The notes: generated by a model from the sequence alone, not told the origin. DNA of 64,000 nt from an uncultured Chloroflexia bacterium (GCA_963700285.1 CAVOXA010000001.1:1568001-1632000), one strand, 5' to 3'; counted from the first letter of the stretch, positions 19,338 to 29,815 are shown. A program made the numbers and translations.

Positions 19338-20975
19338 CTACTGTGCAGACGTCTTACCCTCCCAAAGTGGGCAAGCTCGTTTGGCTACCACCACGGCGAC
19401 TCCGCCAGCCGCCAGTCCTTCCTCAATGGCAGCTTGCGTCGGCTGTCTCTGCTCAGGATCCACGACGCGGACACTGGCTGCGCCGGTGGCCCGGATCAGG
19501 GCGATGAGATCAACCGGCTTGCGTGGCTTTCCTTGGGCATCATGGGCCGTTGCGGGGTGGGGTTGCCCGCCGGAAAGGGCTGTGGTTTCGTTGGCCAGCA
19601 CGATGACGAGAAGATCCAGACCGGCCTGGACGGCGTCGATCAACTCTCCCAGGCCGCTGTGCAGCAGGGCGGAGTCGCCCGACAGGGCCACGATGCTCTG
19701 CGGGATGTTGGTTCGTGCCAGCCCGGCGGCCAGGCCGATGCTGGAACCCATGCCGTACTTTACGTCAAGCAGCTGCCATGGCGGTAGCTGTGTCCGGACC
19801 ATGCAGCCCGTCTCGCCGGTGATGACAAAGGCGTCCCGCCCGCCACGGCGCTCCATGACAGCCAATAGAGACTCAACGGCTGGAACGTAAGGACAGTCGT
19901 CACACAGGGGCTGGCGGCTGGGCCTGCTCCTGCCCGTGGGCTCAAAGGTGGGCCAGGGCCAGTCAGGCATCAGTGCGGCCAGGGCCTGGGCGATCTGAGG
20001 GGCAAAAAGCTCGCCAGCGCTCGGGACATGGTTGCTGCTGCGCCCATAGATGGGCAGAGCGATGCCAGCCCGCTGGGCGATGGCTTGTACTTTGGTCTCC
20101 ACGTAGGGCGCGGTCTCTTCCAGTACCAGCGTCGCGTCCGCTTGCTCCAGGAAGGCAGCGATCTTTGCATGAGGAAGGGGATGCAGGGTCCCCAGGCGGA
20201 GGATCCGGAAAGGGGGATGGCTGCTATCTGCCAGAACCTCGGCCAGTTTCCGGTAGGTATAACCGGCGGCAATGACCGCCTTCTGGCCTTTCCCTTCCTC
20301 CCCGTTCTGAAAAGATGTCTCGAACTCGGCCCGTATGCTGTGCAGCTTGGCCTGGAGGCGCCGGTGATAGTCTACGACGTGCACAGGCAGGACGTTGAAG
20401 CGGTCGCCCTGGCGGTCAAAACGTGATGGTTGCAGGGTCCGCCTGGCTGCCGGCAAGAGATCAATGCCAACCTGTTCCAGAGCCAGCGCCCGTGTAATGC
20501 GAACTACGACAGGAACCTGGAAGCGTTCCGAAAGGTTGAATGCCTGGCCCATCAGGCTGCGGCTTTCCTCCGCGGATGTGGGTTCCAGCAGAGGTACCTC
20601 GGCGGCAGCGATGAGCGGGCGAGAATCCTCTTCGTTCTGGGAGCCCCAGCCGCCAGGATCATCGCCGACCAGGATCACAAAGCCCCCGCTGCCGGGGGCC
20701 AGATTGCTGACCATGAGCGAGTCGAGGGCCACATTGAGGCCTACACTCTTTAGGCAGAGGAGTGAACGGACCCCGGCCAGTGACGTGCCAAAGGCCGCAT
20801 CAAAGGCAGATTTCTCGTTGATAGCCCAGTCAATGCGGATGCCATCACCGGCCAGGTGCAGCAGCGCATCAACGATGGCTGTGCTGGGTGCGCCTGGATA
20901 CCCGGTAACGAACTGCACACCTGTTTCCAACGCCCCGCGGGCCAGGGCCTCGCTGCCTGTGACCTTGGTTGTCAT
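19338..20975 (-). CDS. Indolepyruvate:ferredoxin oxidoreductase alpha-subunit-like TPP enzyme
   Basis: GYPGAPST, INEKSA, KSVGLNVALD, GDDPG, GETGC and GDSALLHSG...NETTALSGGQPHP. Confidence 0.85.
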   Translation of the reverse strand: MTTKVTGSEALARGALETGVQFVTGYPGAPSTAIVDALLHLAGDGIRIDWAINEKSAFDAAFGTSLAGVRSLLCLKSVGLNVALDSLMVSNLAPGSGGFVILVGDDPGGWGSQNEEDSRPLIAAAEVPLLEPTSAEESRSLMGQAFNLSERFQVPVVVRITRALALEQVGIDLLPAARRTLQPSRFDRQGDRFNVLPVHVVDYHRRLQAKLHSIRAEFETSFQNGEEGKGQKAVIAAGYTYRKLAEVLADSSHPPFRILRLGTLHPLPHAKIAAFLEQADATLVLEETAPYVETKVQAIAQRAGIALPIYGRSSNHVPSAGELFAPQIAQALAALMPDWPWPTFEPTGRSRPSRQPLCDDCPYVPAVESLLAVMERRGGRDAFVITGETGCMVRTQLPPWQLLDVKYGMGSSIGLAAGLARTNIPQSIVALSGDSALLHSGLGELIDAVQAGLDLLVIVLANETTALSGGQPHPATAHDAQGKPRKPVDLIALIRATGAASVRVVDPEQRQPTQAAIEEGLAAGGVAVVVAKRACPLWEGKTSAQ

Positions 20976-21170
20976 GCTATCATGTCTCCGGATCCTTTGA
21001 CTGGGTCTCCTGACTGCCGTTCTCTCATAGAACAGATCCTGGCTCTTTCACGCTCAAGTCAGGTCCGTGATCTGCCCTTGTCCGTTCCTACCGGCAACTG
21101 GGCCTTGTATCACGGACCCGACGGGAGCGATTAGGATGCCAGGCCTTGGCGGGGGCAGTACTCCCCTGGT

Positions 21171-22337
21171 CTACGTCTCTTCAGCGGCAGCGGCGGCAGC
21201 GACGCCAGCCCCCCGCTCGAATTTGTACCCGCAACCAGCCAGCCCCGCCTCGATAGCGCCGAGGGTAGCCAAGACATCGCCCATCTTGGCCGCGCCCATG
21301 TGTCCGATGCGAAAGTACTCATTTCGGATCTCGGGGTGCAGGCCCCCGGCCAGGACTGCGCCAGCCCGGGTGATGCGAGGCAGTAGGTCCGCTGCGCCGA
21401 CGCCCGCCGGGTAGCGGGGTGCCGTCATGGTGTGAGCGGCGAACTCTGGTTCGAGTGGTACCTGGCCTAACCCCAGAGCAGTGATGCCTGCCTGGCAGGC
21501 GCGGCCCAGTACCCCGTGGCGTTGGAAGCGGGCTTCTATGCCCTCATCCAAGATCTGGCCCAGGCTGACGTTCAAGGCCCATACCAGATTGACAGCCGGT
21601 GTGCCAAAGTAGCCGACCTTGCGCGACTCATAGGCTTCCATGATCGGCAACCATAGGGACCAGTCGGCGTAATAGTTGCTGACGGGGGTCCTGCGCCCGC
21701 GGAATGCATCCATCGCTCGCGGGCCCGCGACCAGCAGAGCTAGGCCCGGCGGCACGCCAATGGCCTTCTGAGAGGCGGTCAGTGCCACATCCACGCCCCA
21801 TTCGGTCATGCGTAGTTCTTCGCCAGCCACGGAGCAGACGCCGTCCACGATGACCAGCGCGCCATGCCGTCGGCCCAGTCCGGCCAGCCCTTTGACGTCG
21901 GTGATGACCCCCGTGGAGGTATCCACGTGGGTAATGGTCATCAGTTTGAAACTCTCTTGCTGCAGTGCGGCTTCAACCTGGTCCATGGCTGGTCGCCCGC
22001 CGGCCGGCGCCCGCACGTGGGTCACCTCAGCGCCATAGCGCTCCAGCAGTGCCCCGTAGCGGTCGCCGAAATACCCGGTATTCACTACCAGGGCCTTGTC
22101 GCCGGGCTCTACGAGGTTGGCTCCCGCCAGATCCATGGCCAGTGTACCTGATCCGGCGACGACAAAGGGTTGGCCGTCGGGGCAGAGGAATACCTGTCGC
22201 ATGCGCTCCAGCGCCTGGCCAAAGGCCTCTATGAAACCGGGCGCGATGTGGCTGGTGGTTGGGGCGGCCAATGCCGACAGCACGGCCGGTTCAAACTCGA
22301 TTGGTCCGGGGATCATCAGTAGGGTTCGGTCTTTCAT
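21171..22337 (-). CDS. Class V aminotransferase (alanine-glyoxylate / serine-pyruvate family)
   Basis: LLMIPGP, HVDTSTG, DGVCS, TASQKA and RIGHMG. Confidence 0.93.
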   Translation of the reverse strand: MKDRTLLMIPGPIEFEPAVLSALAAPTTSHIAPGFIEAFGQALERMRQVFLCPDGQPFVVAGSGTLAMDLAGANLVEPGDKALVVNTGYFGDRYGALLERYGAEVTHVRAPAGGRPAMDQVEAALQQESFKLMTITHVDTSTGVITDVKGLAGLGRRHGALVIVDGVCSVAGEELRMTEWGVDVALTASQKAIGVPPGLALLVAGPRAMDAFRGRRTPVSNYYADWSLWLPIMEAYESRKVGYFGTPAVNLVWALNVSLGQILDEGIEARFQRHGVLGRACQAGITALGLGQVPLEPEFAAHTMTAPRYPAGVGAADLLPRITRAGAVLAGGLHPEIRNEYFRIGHMGAAKMGDVLATLGAIEAGLAGCGYKFERGAGVAAAAAAEET

Positions 22338-22452
22338 GGTTCTGTGCTCCTCTTCATAGAGATCTATACTCTTCGAAAACGCTCTCCCCCGAAACGGGAC
22401 TGCGGGCGGGTCCGCGGCAGGATGCCTGGCAGTGTTCAACTGCCCTCCATCG

Positions 22453-23421
22453 TTACGGACGAACCAGTACCTTGAGTGTACCACGGCGTGCAGCGTGCTC
22501 AAAAGCCATCGGCGCCTCCTCCAATGGATATTCGGCTTGGATGAGCGGTGCCACGTCTACCCGGCCCCTGTCCAGCAGGCGCATGGCTGCCGGGAACGGC
22601 CCGCAGCGCGACCCGATGACCTGGATCTCGTCCACGACCAGGCTGGACAGATCCACCTGTACCCGGGCGTGATAGGTACTCTTTAGGACCAAGGTCCCCT
22701 GGTGGCGTACCAACTGCCGGGCAGTCTGGAACCCTTCAGCTCCGCCAGTGCATTCCACGACGATGTCGGCGCTGCCGGCAAGGTTCTGATCTCCCATCTG
22801 AGTCGGAATGCCTCGGGCTGCCAGGATGTCGAGCTTGTCTGAATGCCGGCCCACAGCCAAGAGGTCGCAGCCTGTCAAGGCAATCACCTGTGCGACCAGC
22901 AAGCCGAGTTTCCCATCGCCCAGAACGATAACCCGGTCGGTGGGTCGCACGTGGACCTGATCCAGCACCTGACAGGCTGCGGCCAGGGGCTCGGCGAACA
23001 CTGCCACCTCATCGGGCATGCCCTCGGGTACCATCTGCAGGTTTCCTACCGGTAGGCAAAAGTACTCGGCCAATGTACCATCCCGGCCCCGGATGCCCAG
23101 AGCTGTACGGTGTGGGCAATGGGTCGGCCGTCCGGCGCGGCAAGTCTCGCACTGGCCGCAGGCTGCATTGATCTCGCCTACCACCCGCCGGCCAACCAGG
23201 CTGGGGTCTTGGGCTTGATCGATGACCCCCACGAACTCGTGGCCCAATACGCCACGATACCCCGCGTAGCCGCGCACGACCTCCAAGTCGGTGTTACAGA
23301 TGCCGGCCAAGGTTGTGCGTATTCTCACCTCACCCGTTGGAGGCTGGGGATCAGGATAGTCCACGGCCAGCCGGAGCCGCATCTGATTTTCCAGGTGATC
23401 ATCGAAGAGCGTGGCTTTCAG
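22453..23421 (-). CDS. Zn-dependent MDR alcohol dehydrogenase (probable CTG start)
   Basis: GICNTD, GHEFVG, CGQCETC...C and GDGKLG; in-frame CTG-KATLFD with GGGAGGG 5 nt upstream. Confidence 0.9.
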   Translation of the reverse strand: MKATLFDDHLENQMRLRLAVDYPDPQPPTGEVRIRTTLAGICNTDLEVVRGYAGYRGVLGHEFVGVIDQAQDPSLVGRRVVGEINAACGQCETCRAGRPTHCPHRTALGIRGRDGTLAEYFCLPVGNLQMVPEGMPDEVAVFAEPLAAACQVLDQVHVRPTDRVIVLGDGKLGLLVAQVIALTGCDLLAVGRHSDKLDILAARGIPTQMGDQNLAGSADIVVECTGGAEGFQTARQLVRHQGTLVLKSTYHARVQVDLSSLVVDEIQVIGSRCGPFPAAMRLLDRGRVDVAPLIQAEYPLEEAPMAFEHAARRGTLKVLVRP

Positions 23422-23433
23422 AGCGACCCTCCC

Positions 23434-24333
23434 TTAGCGGCGGTGACCATAAACAGTGACCCGTTCCTCTTCGAGCACGATTTGTTCCAGACACAGGGCA
23501 TAGTCTGCCGGATACCAGTCGAGCGCTTCCACGAGCATCTCCCTGGCTTGGTCTTTCACAAAACCAGGGGTCAGTACCCCGGCGATTGAGATGGCCTGGA
23601 TCTCTGTGTGAGGGTGGCAATCCTCGACCAGGATAGTACCCTCAACCTCAGTACTAAACTCGAAACCCACCAGCATCACGTCGCCCGTCACCACGACCTG
23701 GTCTTTTTTCAAGTCGACCTGCACGTTGCGGTAGGGCAGGTCTGGATTGTTCGCGAACATGGATGCGATCTCGCTGTTCAGCATTGCCTCGCTGTACCGG
23801 ATCAGGACGGGGCGTCCAGCGGCAGAGCGGTTCATCTCCTCGCCCATGTGTGCCAGGTTACTGAAGGGTTCATCCGAGATCAAGAGCAGGTTTTTGAGTA
23901 GCGTGTCGGTAGGCGCAGGCGTGAGCGGTTCGGGCGATGGGGCCAGATTTTCCGTAGGCAGGGCACGGGGTGTGGAGGTAGGCGCTGAGGTGAGAGCAGG
24001 CGATGGATAGTCCGTCTCTGTTGCAGTAGGCCCGCCTGCCTGGGCGACCGATGTTTGGACCGCGCCGATTTCGACCGCCGTGGGTGCTGGAGTTGCCAAT
24101 GCGGCCACGGCGGTCGCCATCGTCGGAACTGCTGTGACTCTGGGAGCCCCGGATGCGACTTGCTGCCACGCCTTCGCGGCCGCGGCCTGTTGCTCGCGAA
24201 TGAGTGTTTCTACCCCCAGATCTACCTCACGACTGACGGCCAACCCAACTCCGGCGGCCACTGCCACCCAGAAGAGCAGGTTACAGGCCGCGAGAACGAT
24301 GATAAAGCTCGAGCGAGAGATACCCCTAAACAT
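23434..24333 (-). CDS. Membrane-anchored hypothetical protein with Pro/Thr linker
   Basis: N-terminal TM segment, PT-rich linker and beta-rich C-terminal domain; tightly packed in the operon. Confidence 0.7.
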   Translation of the reverse strand: MFRGISRSSFIIVLAACNLLFWVAVAAGVGLAVSREVDLGVETLIREQQAAAAKAWQQVASGAPRVTAVPTMATAVAALATPAPTAVEIGAVQTSVAQAGGPTATETDYPSPALTSAPTSTPRALPTENLAPSPEPLTPAPTDTLLKNLLLISDEPFSNLAHMGEEMNRSAAGRPVLIRYSEAMLNSEIASMFANNPDLPYRNVQVDLKKDQVVVTGDVMLVGFEFSTEVEGTILVEDCHPHTEIQAISIAGVLTPGFVKDQAREMLVEALDWYPADYALCLEQIVLEEERVTVYGHRR

Positions 24334-25504
24334 TGTCTCCCTGCCTTCCACCATCTGGACGCTGGGATGGCGGGTGAGTCTTTTCCGCTTCTGCTATCTG
24401 GTCGAGTATCGTTGTGAGCTTTGCGACATTGCCTTGAGTCAAGGGCCGGTCCGGCAGGAACGGGCAGGCGTGTGAACTCCGGATGGAGGGCTGATAGGTC
24501 CCAATTCGGCGTGCTATGGCCATGATCTCCGTCTTGTCCATCCCAATCAAAGGCCGCAGAATCGGCTTCTTGATTCCGTAGGATATGACCTCCAGGTTGC
24601 TCAGGGTTTGGCTGGCCACTTGGCCCAAGGAATCGCCGGTCACCAGTGCTCCGGCGCCTGTCTCTTGGGCTAGTATGGCTGCTTCGGCCAGTATGGCTCG
24701 CTTGCAAAAGAGGCAAGTCCACCGTTCCTGGTGAATTTGACGTAGCCTGGCAAGGGTCGGACCCAGGACCTCTTGGTGAGAAAGGATAATCGGCTTCAAC
24801 TGAAAGCCATAGGCATGCTGGTTCAGGGCATCGACGATGGCCAAGACCTGATCGGTCTGTGGTTGGCCGACGCTGAAATGCAGGGGTATCACGCCACAGC
24901 CACGCTTCATCATCAACCAGGTTGCCACTGGTGAATCGATCCCACTGGACAGTAGGGACACGACCCTCCCCTGGCTCCCCAGTGGAAGGCCGCCGGGTCC
25001 GGCTATGGTTTCGCCAAAGACCAGGGCGCGTCCAGGCTGTATCTCCACCCCGATCTCGACCTCGGCGCTTCGCGAAAGGTCCACAGGTGCTCCCGTAGCC
25101 ATGACCACGGCTGCCCCGACCATGCGCCCGATCTCAGGTGAGATGTGGGGGAATGATTTGTCAGCTCGCCTCGCCTGTACCCGAAAGGAGCGTGCCGGTC
25201 CAACTCTGGCCCGCTGGGCAATGCCAACCGCTTCGTGGGCAATGGCCTCTATGTCGGCGGATGTCACCTGTACCGGGCTCAAGGATACGATACCAAAGAC
25301 ACGCTGTACGGCACCCACCGCCGCTTCCAGATCCTCGGTTTCCAGGTAGATGCGCTGGCCCGTCTGCCAGACCTCACCGGGGATTCCGTTGGCCTTGAGA
25401 CAACGCCGTACGTTGCGACGCAGCTTTCGGAAGAAATAGTTGCGGTTCTGTCCCTTCAGGGCAATCTCGCCGTAGCGTACGAGTATCAAGCTCACCGCAG
25501 CCAC
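24326..25504 (-). CDS. thiI: tRNA 4-thiouridine synthase ThiI (no rhodanese domain)
   Basis: RYGEIALKGQNR, THUMP domain, LLSSGIDSPVA, TGDSLGQVASQT and RPLIGMDK. Confidence 0.95.
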   Translation of the reverse strand: MAAVSLILVRYGEIALKGQNRNYFFRKLRRNVRRCLKANGIPGEVWQTGQRIYLETEDLEAAVGAVQRVFGIVSLSPVQVTSADIEAIAHEAVGIAQRARVGPARSFRVQARRADKSFPHISPEIGRMVGAAVVMATGAPVDLSRSAEVEIGVEIQPGRALVFGETIAGPGGLPLGSQGRVVSLLSSGIDSPVATWLMMKRGCGVIPLHFSVGQPQTDQVLAIVDALNQHAYGFQLKPIILSHQEVLGPTLARLRQIHQERWTCLFCKRAILAEAAILAQETGAGALVTGDSLGQVASQTLSNLEVISYGIKKPILRPLIGMDKTEIMAIARRIGTYQPSIRSSHACPFLPDRPLTQGNVAKLTTILDQIAEAEKTHPPSQRPDGGRQGDNV

Positions 25505-26490
25505 CCGTTCTCGAGATACCAGTCTGCCGTTTCCTGCAGGGCAGTTTCTAGGTCACATGCAGGCTCGAACCCCAGTTCTTGCTGGGCCTTTTTTCCAGAA
25601 CACACCCAGTAGGGCTGTCGCAAATCTTTGACCCGCTGGTCGTTGAGCAGCGCTGGCCTGCCCGTCAGCCTGCCCTGTGCCCGCGACCACCAGGCAATGG
25701 GTGTCAGCACGGCCAGGGGCAGAGCTATGCGCCGGGGCTGCTTGCCCAGGGCTCGGGCGATGGCGGCCGACAGATCTGCATAGCTGGTCGTCTGGCCGCA
25801 GCCGAAATAGATTTGGCCGATGGTCTCTTTGCTTGCCAGGACAGCCATGAACAGCCGGACTAGGTCACGGACATAGATGAGGCTCGCTCGCCGCTCCTCC
25901 CGCCCTAGTTGCAGGTCCAAGCCGCGGTTCACCAGGTCAAAATAGGTGAGAAAATCTTGGTCGCGGGGCCCAAACACTGGGGCCGCGCGCACGATGGATA
26001 CCGGCAACCGGTCGCGCAGATCCAGCAGCGCCTGCTCTGCCGCCAGCTTGCTTCTACCGTACCAGGTGATCGGTTCGGACCGGCATAGCTCGTCCACAGG
26101 GTTGTTCGCACTCTGCGCCGGGCCGCAGGCTGCTAGGCTGGAGGCAAAGAGAAATCTCTCGAGATCGGGCGCTGTTTCCAGGCACACTCTGGCCAGGTCT
26201 TTGGTACCCTTTGTGTTGATGCACACAAAGGTCTCTTCTTCCAGCGCCCTTGTCAGAGCAGCACAGTGGCAAACAGCATCTACCCCCGCGCAGGCCAGAC
26301 GAAGGCTTGCTTCGTCCTCCAGATCCGCGTACGCCAGTTCCACGGGCAGGTCGCGGATGAAGGACAGATCGCTTGAGCGGCGTACCATGCACCTTACTGC
26401 GTACCCCTGCGCCAGCAGCGCCTCGACCAGATGGGATCCGACAAACCCATTGGCCCCAGTGACCAGAGCCAGCTTCTGCCTCTCACTCAA
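25492..26490 (-). CDS. NAD-dependent epimerase/dehydratase (extended SDR)
   Basis: VTGANGFVG, YGRSK and FGPRD. Confidence 0.92.
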   Translation of the reverse strand: MSERQKLALVTGANGFVGSHLVEALLAQGYAVRCMVRRSSDLSFIRDLPVELAYADLEDEASLRLACAGVDAVCHCAALTRALEEETFVCINTKGTKDLARVCLETAPDLERFLFASSLAACGPAQSANNPVDELCRSEPITWYGRSKLAAEQALLDLRDRLPVSIVRAAPVFGPRDQDFLTYFDLVNRGLDLQLGREERRASLIYVRDLVRLFMAVLASKETIGQIYFGCGQTTSYADLSAAIARALGKQPRRIALPLAVLTPIAWWSRAQGRLTGRPALLNDQRVKDLRQPYWVCSGKKAQQELGFEPACDLETALQETADWYLENGWLR

Positions 26491-27709
26491 AGGTGAACAC
26501 CGCCTTCAGCGCCTGGTGCCCGTTCCGGTCTGCCAGTGTTCCAAACGCCCGCCGGTACTCGTCTAATCTATACTTGTGGGTAAGGAGGGGTGACAGATCC
26601 AGTTTTCCCCGAGCCATAAGTTCCAAACCCACCTCGTAGGTGCGCACCCGCCGGCCTTCGAAATCCTCCACGGCCACGGTGTAGCTGCCGGCCACGGTCA
26701 ACTCGTGGAACCAGATGGGCGTCCAGTCCACCCCTTTTGGTAGTCCGGCCGCGCCCACCAGGACGACTTTGCCCCCGGCGGAAGCCAGGTGCAAGGCGTC
26801 GTCGATGCTCGCTTCGCTGCCCACACACTCGAATACCAGGTCCGCACCACTCACGAGGGCAGGCTTTCCCAGGATGGGCTGGTAGACCTTGCCTCCTGTC
26901 AACTTGGCCAACGCTTCATAATGCTTGTGGTCCCTGTCCAGGTGCAATATCTCGTCAGCACCGTACTGCCGGGCCAAGTCGCCTTGGAAGGGATACTTGG
27001 CCAGAACCAGGATGCGCGCCTGACTGCCCAGTGCACGCAGCGACGCTACGGCGCATAGCCCGATAGTGCCTGCGCCCAGTACGAGTACAGTCGCATGATC
27101 CTCGGGAAAATGACAGAGAACAGGATGTAGGGAGGAGCACAGAGCATCCAGAAGGATGGCGTTCTCATTGGAGACGTTGTCTGGTACCCGGACCAACTGT
27201 GATTGATGGGCTACATAATATGGCCCCCAACTGCCGCCGGTATCGGCGCAGGAACCCAGGATCGTGCCCGGCGACAGCGCGCCGTCCGCAAAGTGCTCGC
27301 AGAGGTTGTAATCCCCCCGTTGGCAGGCTGGGCAGGGATCGACGATGCCCCGTACAGCGCAGGGCAGCATCAGGTCGGCGATGACCCTCTGGCCCATGGA
27401 CCAGCCTTCGACCTCAGGCCCCACATCGACGATCGTGCCCAGGTTCTCGTGGCCCACGACGAACCGGTCGGAGCCAAAGGGCGAGAGATAAGGGCTGTTG
27501 TGGAGGTGGAGCAACCCCCAGTCTGTCCCGCAGATACCGCCGTATCGAGTCCGGATCTTGACCCAGTCAGGGCCAGGCAATAGCGGCTCGGGCACATCCC
27601 CGTAGCGCAGACACGAAAAGCCGCTCCAGAAGAACGGCTCGTAGAGGGACCCCAGCGCTTTGCCGAGCACATAGCGCGGTACGCTGACGTCAAATTGGAT
27701 CGCTTTCAT
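26483..27709 (-). CDS. Zn-dependent MDR dehydrogenase
   Basis: GICGTD, GHENLG, C...CPACQRGDYNLC and GAGTIG. Confidence 0.92.
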   Translation of the reverse strand: MKAIQFDVSVPRYVLGKALGSLYEPFFWSGFSCLRYGDVPEPLLPGPDWVKIRTRYGGICGTDWGLLHLHNSPYLSPFGSDRFVVGHENLGTIVDVGPEVEGWSMGQRVIADLMLPCAVRGIVDPCPACQRGDYNLCEHFADGALSPGTILGSCADTGGSWGPYYVAHQSQLVRVPDNVSNENAILLDALCSSLHPVLCHFPEDHATVLVLGAGTIGLCAVASLRALGSQARILVLAKYPFQGDLARQYGADEILHLDRDHKHYEALAKLTGGKVYQPILGKPALVSGADLVFECVGSEASIDDALHLASAGGKVVLVGAAGLPKGVDWTPIWFHELTVAGSYTVAVEDFEGRRVRTYEVGLELMARGKLDLSPLLTHKYRLDEYRRAFGTLADRNGHQALKAVFTFE

Positions 27710-27891
27710 CGGTGTGTTCTGCCGGCAAGCATCACCCGCAAAGTTTAGCACATGCCGGGTCTTTTGTCAATCAGAGGTCGCTTTTGGTAGAAGGTAGCTC
27801 ACCAGAGGCCCAGATTGACATGCAGGCTCCTGCCTGCTATCATGGCGGCGCCGGACATACCGGTACAACGCAGGTTGGCAAGGAGAGAGGC

Positions 27892-28338
27892 ATGAAACGC
27901 GAATATCCAAAGGCCCCCATCTTGGCCGTGGGCGTGATCATCCACAGGGACACAACGGACGGGTGTAAGCAGATCGCCCTGATCCGACGGGACAAGGCGC
28001 CGGCCAAGGGATTGTGGACCTTCCCCGGAGGCGCTGTCGAGCTGGGCGAGACGGTCCAGGATGCGGCGCGGCGCGAGGCGTGGGAGGAGACGGGGTTGGA
28101 GGTCCAACTGGGCGAGGTGGCGGTTGTCCTCGATCACATAGCCCGTGACGCCGCGGGCCGCGTGCAGTACCACTATGTCATCATTGATTTCTACGCTGAG
28201 CCCATGGGCGGTGATCTTCAGCCTGGCACAGACGTCAGCGATGTCCGCTGGGCCAGCCTGGAAGACCTGGATGATCTGGGGATGACTGAAAAAGCGGAGG
28301 AGATTGCCCGCCAGCTTCTGGGGGAGGCTGGCCCCTGA
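27892..28338 (+). CDS. NUDIX hydrolase
   Basis: PGGAVELGETVQDAARREAWEETG Nudix box. Confidence 0.93.
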   Translation: MKREYPKAPILAVGVIIHRDTTDGCKQIALIRRDKAPAKGLWTFPGGAVELGETVQDAARREAWEETGLEVQLGEVAVVLDHIARDAAGRVQYHYVIIDFYAEPMGGDLQPGTDVSDVRWASLEDLDDLGMTEKAEEIARQLLGEAGP

Positions 28339-28404
28339 CGGCAGGACTGGCAGTCCTCTTCCGCTGCAACTACCAATGTCAGCGTATGCCCATGTCCCGC
28401 TATT

Positions 28405-29346
28405 CTATGGTGTGCCAAGATGACTGCCAGTCCCTGCCACCCAGAGCGTCACCTCTTCCAGGCTAGGCAATCCCCGTCTCCCCCCCAGCGTCCGGCAGTT
28501 GATCGCCGCCACCGCGTTGGCAAAACGTGCAACCCGCTTCAAATCCCAGCCCTGGAGCATGGCATAAATGAAAGCTCCGTGGAAAGCATCGCCCGCACCG
28601 GTTGTGTCCACCGCCTGCACTGGAAAACCTGGCGCCTGCAAATGCTCCGTGCCCGTCCATACCTGGCAGCCTCGCTCACCCTGGGTCACGACCAGGACCT
28701 CGGCGCCCAACTTGAGCAGTTCACTGGCTGCTTCATGCAGGTCCGCGATGCCTGTGATGGCGGCTGGGAACGGTTTGGCCACCACCAGCCAGTTGACCAG
28801 AGGCAGCAGGTCCTCCAGCCCGTCCCGAGGGTGGTTGCCGTCGTAGCAAACCTTGACGCCAGCTTCTTTTGCCCACCGGGCAGCCTGGATCGCGGCCGGC
28901 ATGAACTGGCCGTCCAGATGCAGCACCTTCGCCGCCTGGATGTAGGCCCGGTCGGCCTCATCCAGCTTCAGATCGTCAGGGGAAACGCGCCGGTGGCAGA
29001 GGATAGCCCGCCGTCCCGTGGCCTCCTCAACCAGGATCAGGCAGATGTTGGTGCCCACGCCGGGGTCGTGACGGAGCCGGGTGACGTCGATCTCATGCTG
29101 GGCAAAGCAATCCCGCAGCCAGTGACCCTCCCGGTCGTCGCCCAAGGTCCCGACGTACCCGGTGCGCAACCCCAGCCGGGCCATGGCCGTCAGGGCCGTT
29201 CCTACCTGACCCCCGCCGTCGTGTACCAGGTCGGGCAGGGAAACCATGGCCACGTTGTCAAAATCGGGCGGACCGGAGGCAATGGCCACGATATCGTACA
29301 CGCAATAGCCCAAGCCGGCGACGTCCAGGGTCATGGCGATGTTCAT
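28405..29346 (-). CDS. PfkB/ribokinase-family carbohydrate kinase
   Basis: GGGQVGTA, TQGERG and DTTGAGDAF. Confidence 0.92.
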   Translation of the reverse strand: MNIAMTLDVAGLGYCVYDIVAIASGPPDFDNVAMVSLPDLVHDGGGQVGTALTAMARLGLRTGYVGTLGDDREGHWLRDCFAQHEIDVTRLRHDPGVGTNICLILVEEATGRRAILCHRRVSPDDLKLDEADRAYIQAAKVLHLDGQFMPAAIQAARWAKEAGVKVCYDGNHPRDGLEDLLPLVNWLVVAKPFPAAITGIADLHEAASELLKLGAEVLVVTQGERGCQVWTGTEHLQAPGFPVQAVDTTGAGDAFHGAFIYAMLQGWDLKRVARFANAVAAINCRTLGGRRGLPSLEEVTLWVAGTGSHLGTP

Positions 29347-29815
29347 ATTAGATCCTGCGGGTTTTCCGAAACCCGTAGGGTCTCGAGTCTAGCTCGGCGA
29401 AGCCACTCCCTCTCCGCCTCGAATGTCACCCGGGCCAGGGCCTCGCCCCAGGCCAACCACAGCCTCTCGAACTGCTTCTCGGGGCGCACGGGGACAGTTT
29501 CGAGTCCTTGGCCCATGAGGTAGTAGGACTCGTCGCGGATGTAATGATGGCCCTTCCAATCGAACTCGACGGTCTGGTGGCCCAAGTCAGCCAGGATCTC
29601 CATGCCGGACAACCCAGCCTCTTCCTCAACCTCGCGGATGGCTGCTCGACTTCTGCTCTCACCAGGTTCGATGTGTCCCTTGGGCAGGCGTATCTCAGGC
29701 CGGCCGTCCGGACCTGGCCGGTTGCGTCGCAGGAGGACCATTACCCGCTCGCCCGAAGCGTCAACCACGACGCCGCCCGCAGAGGCGTACTCAAGGATAG
29801 GAAGGCTCGTTGCTC
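29343..29815 (-). CDS. NUDIX hydrolase (start uncertain)
   Basis: SAGGVVV...LPKGHIEPGE...AIREVEEEAG. Confidence 0.85.
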
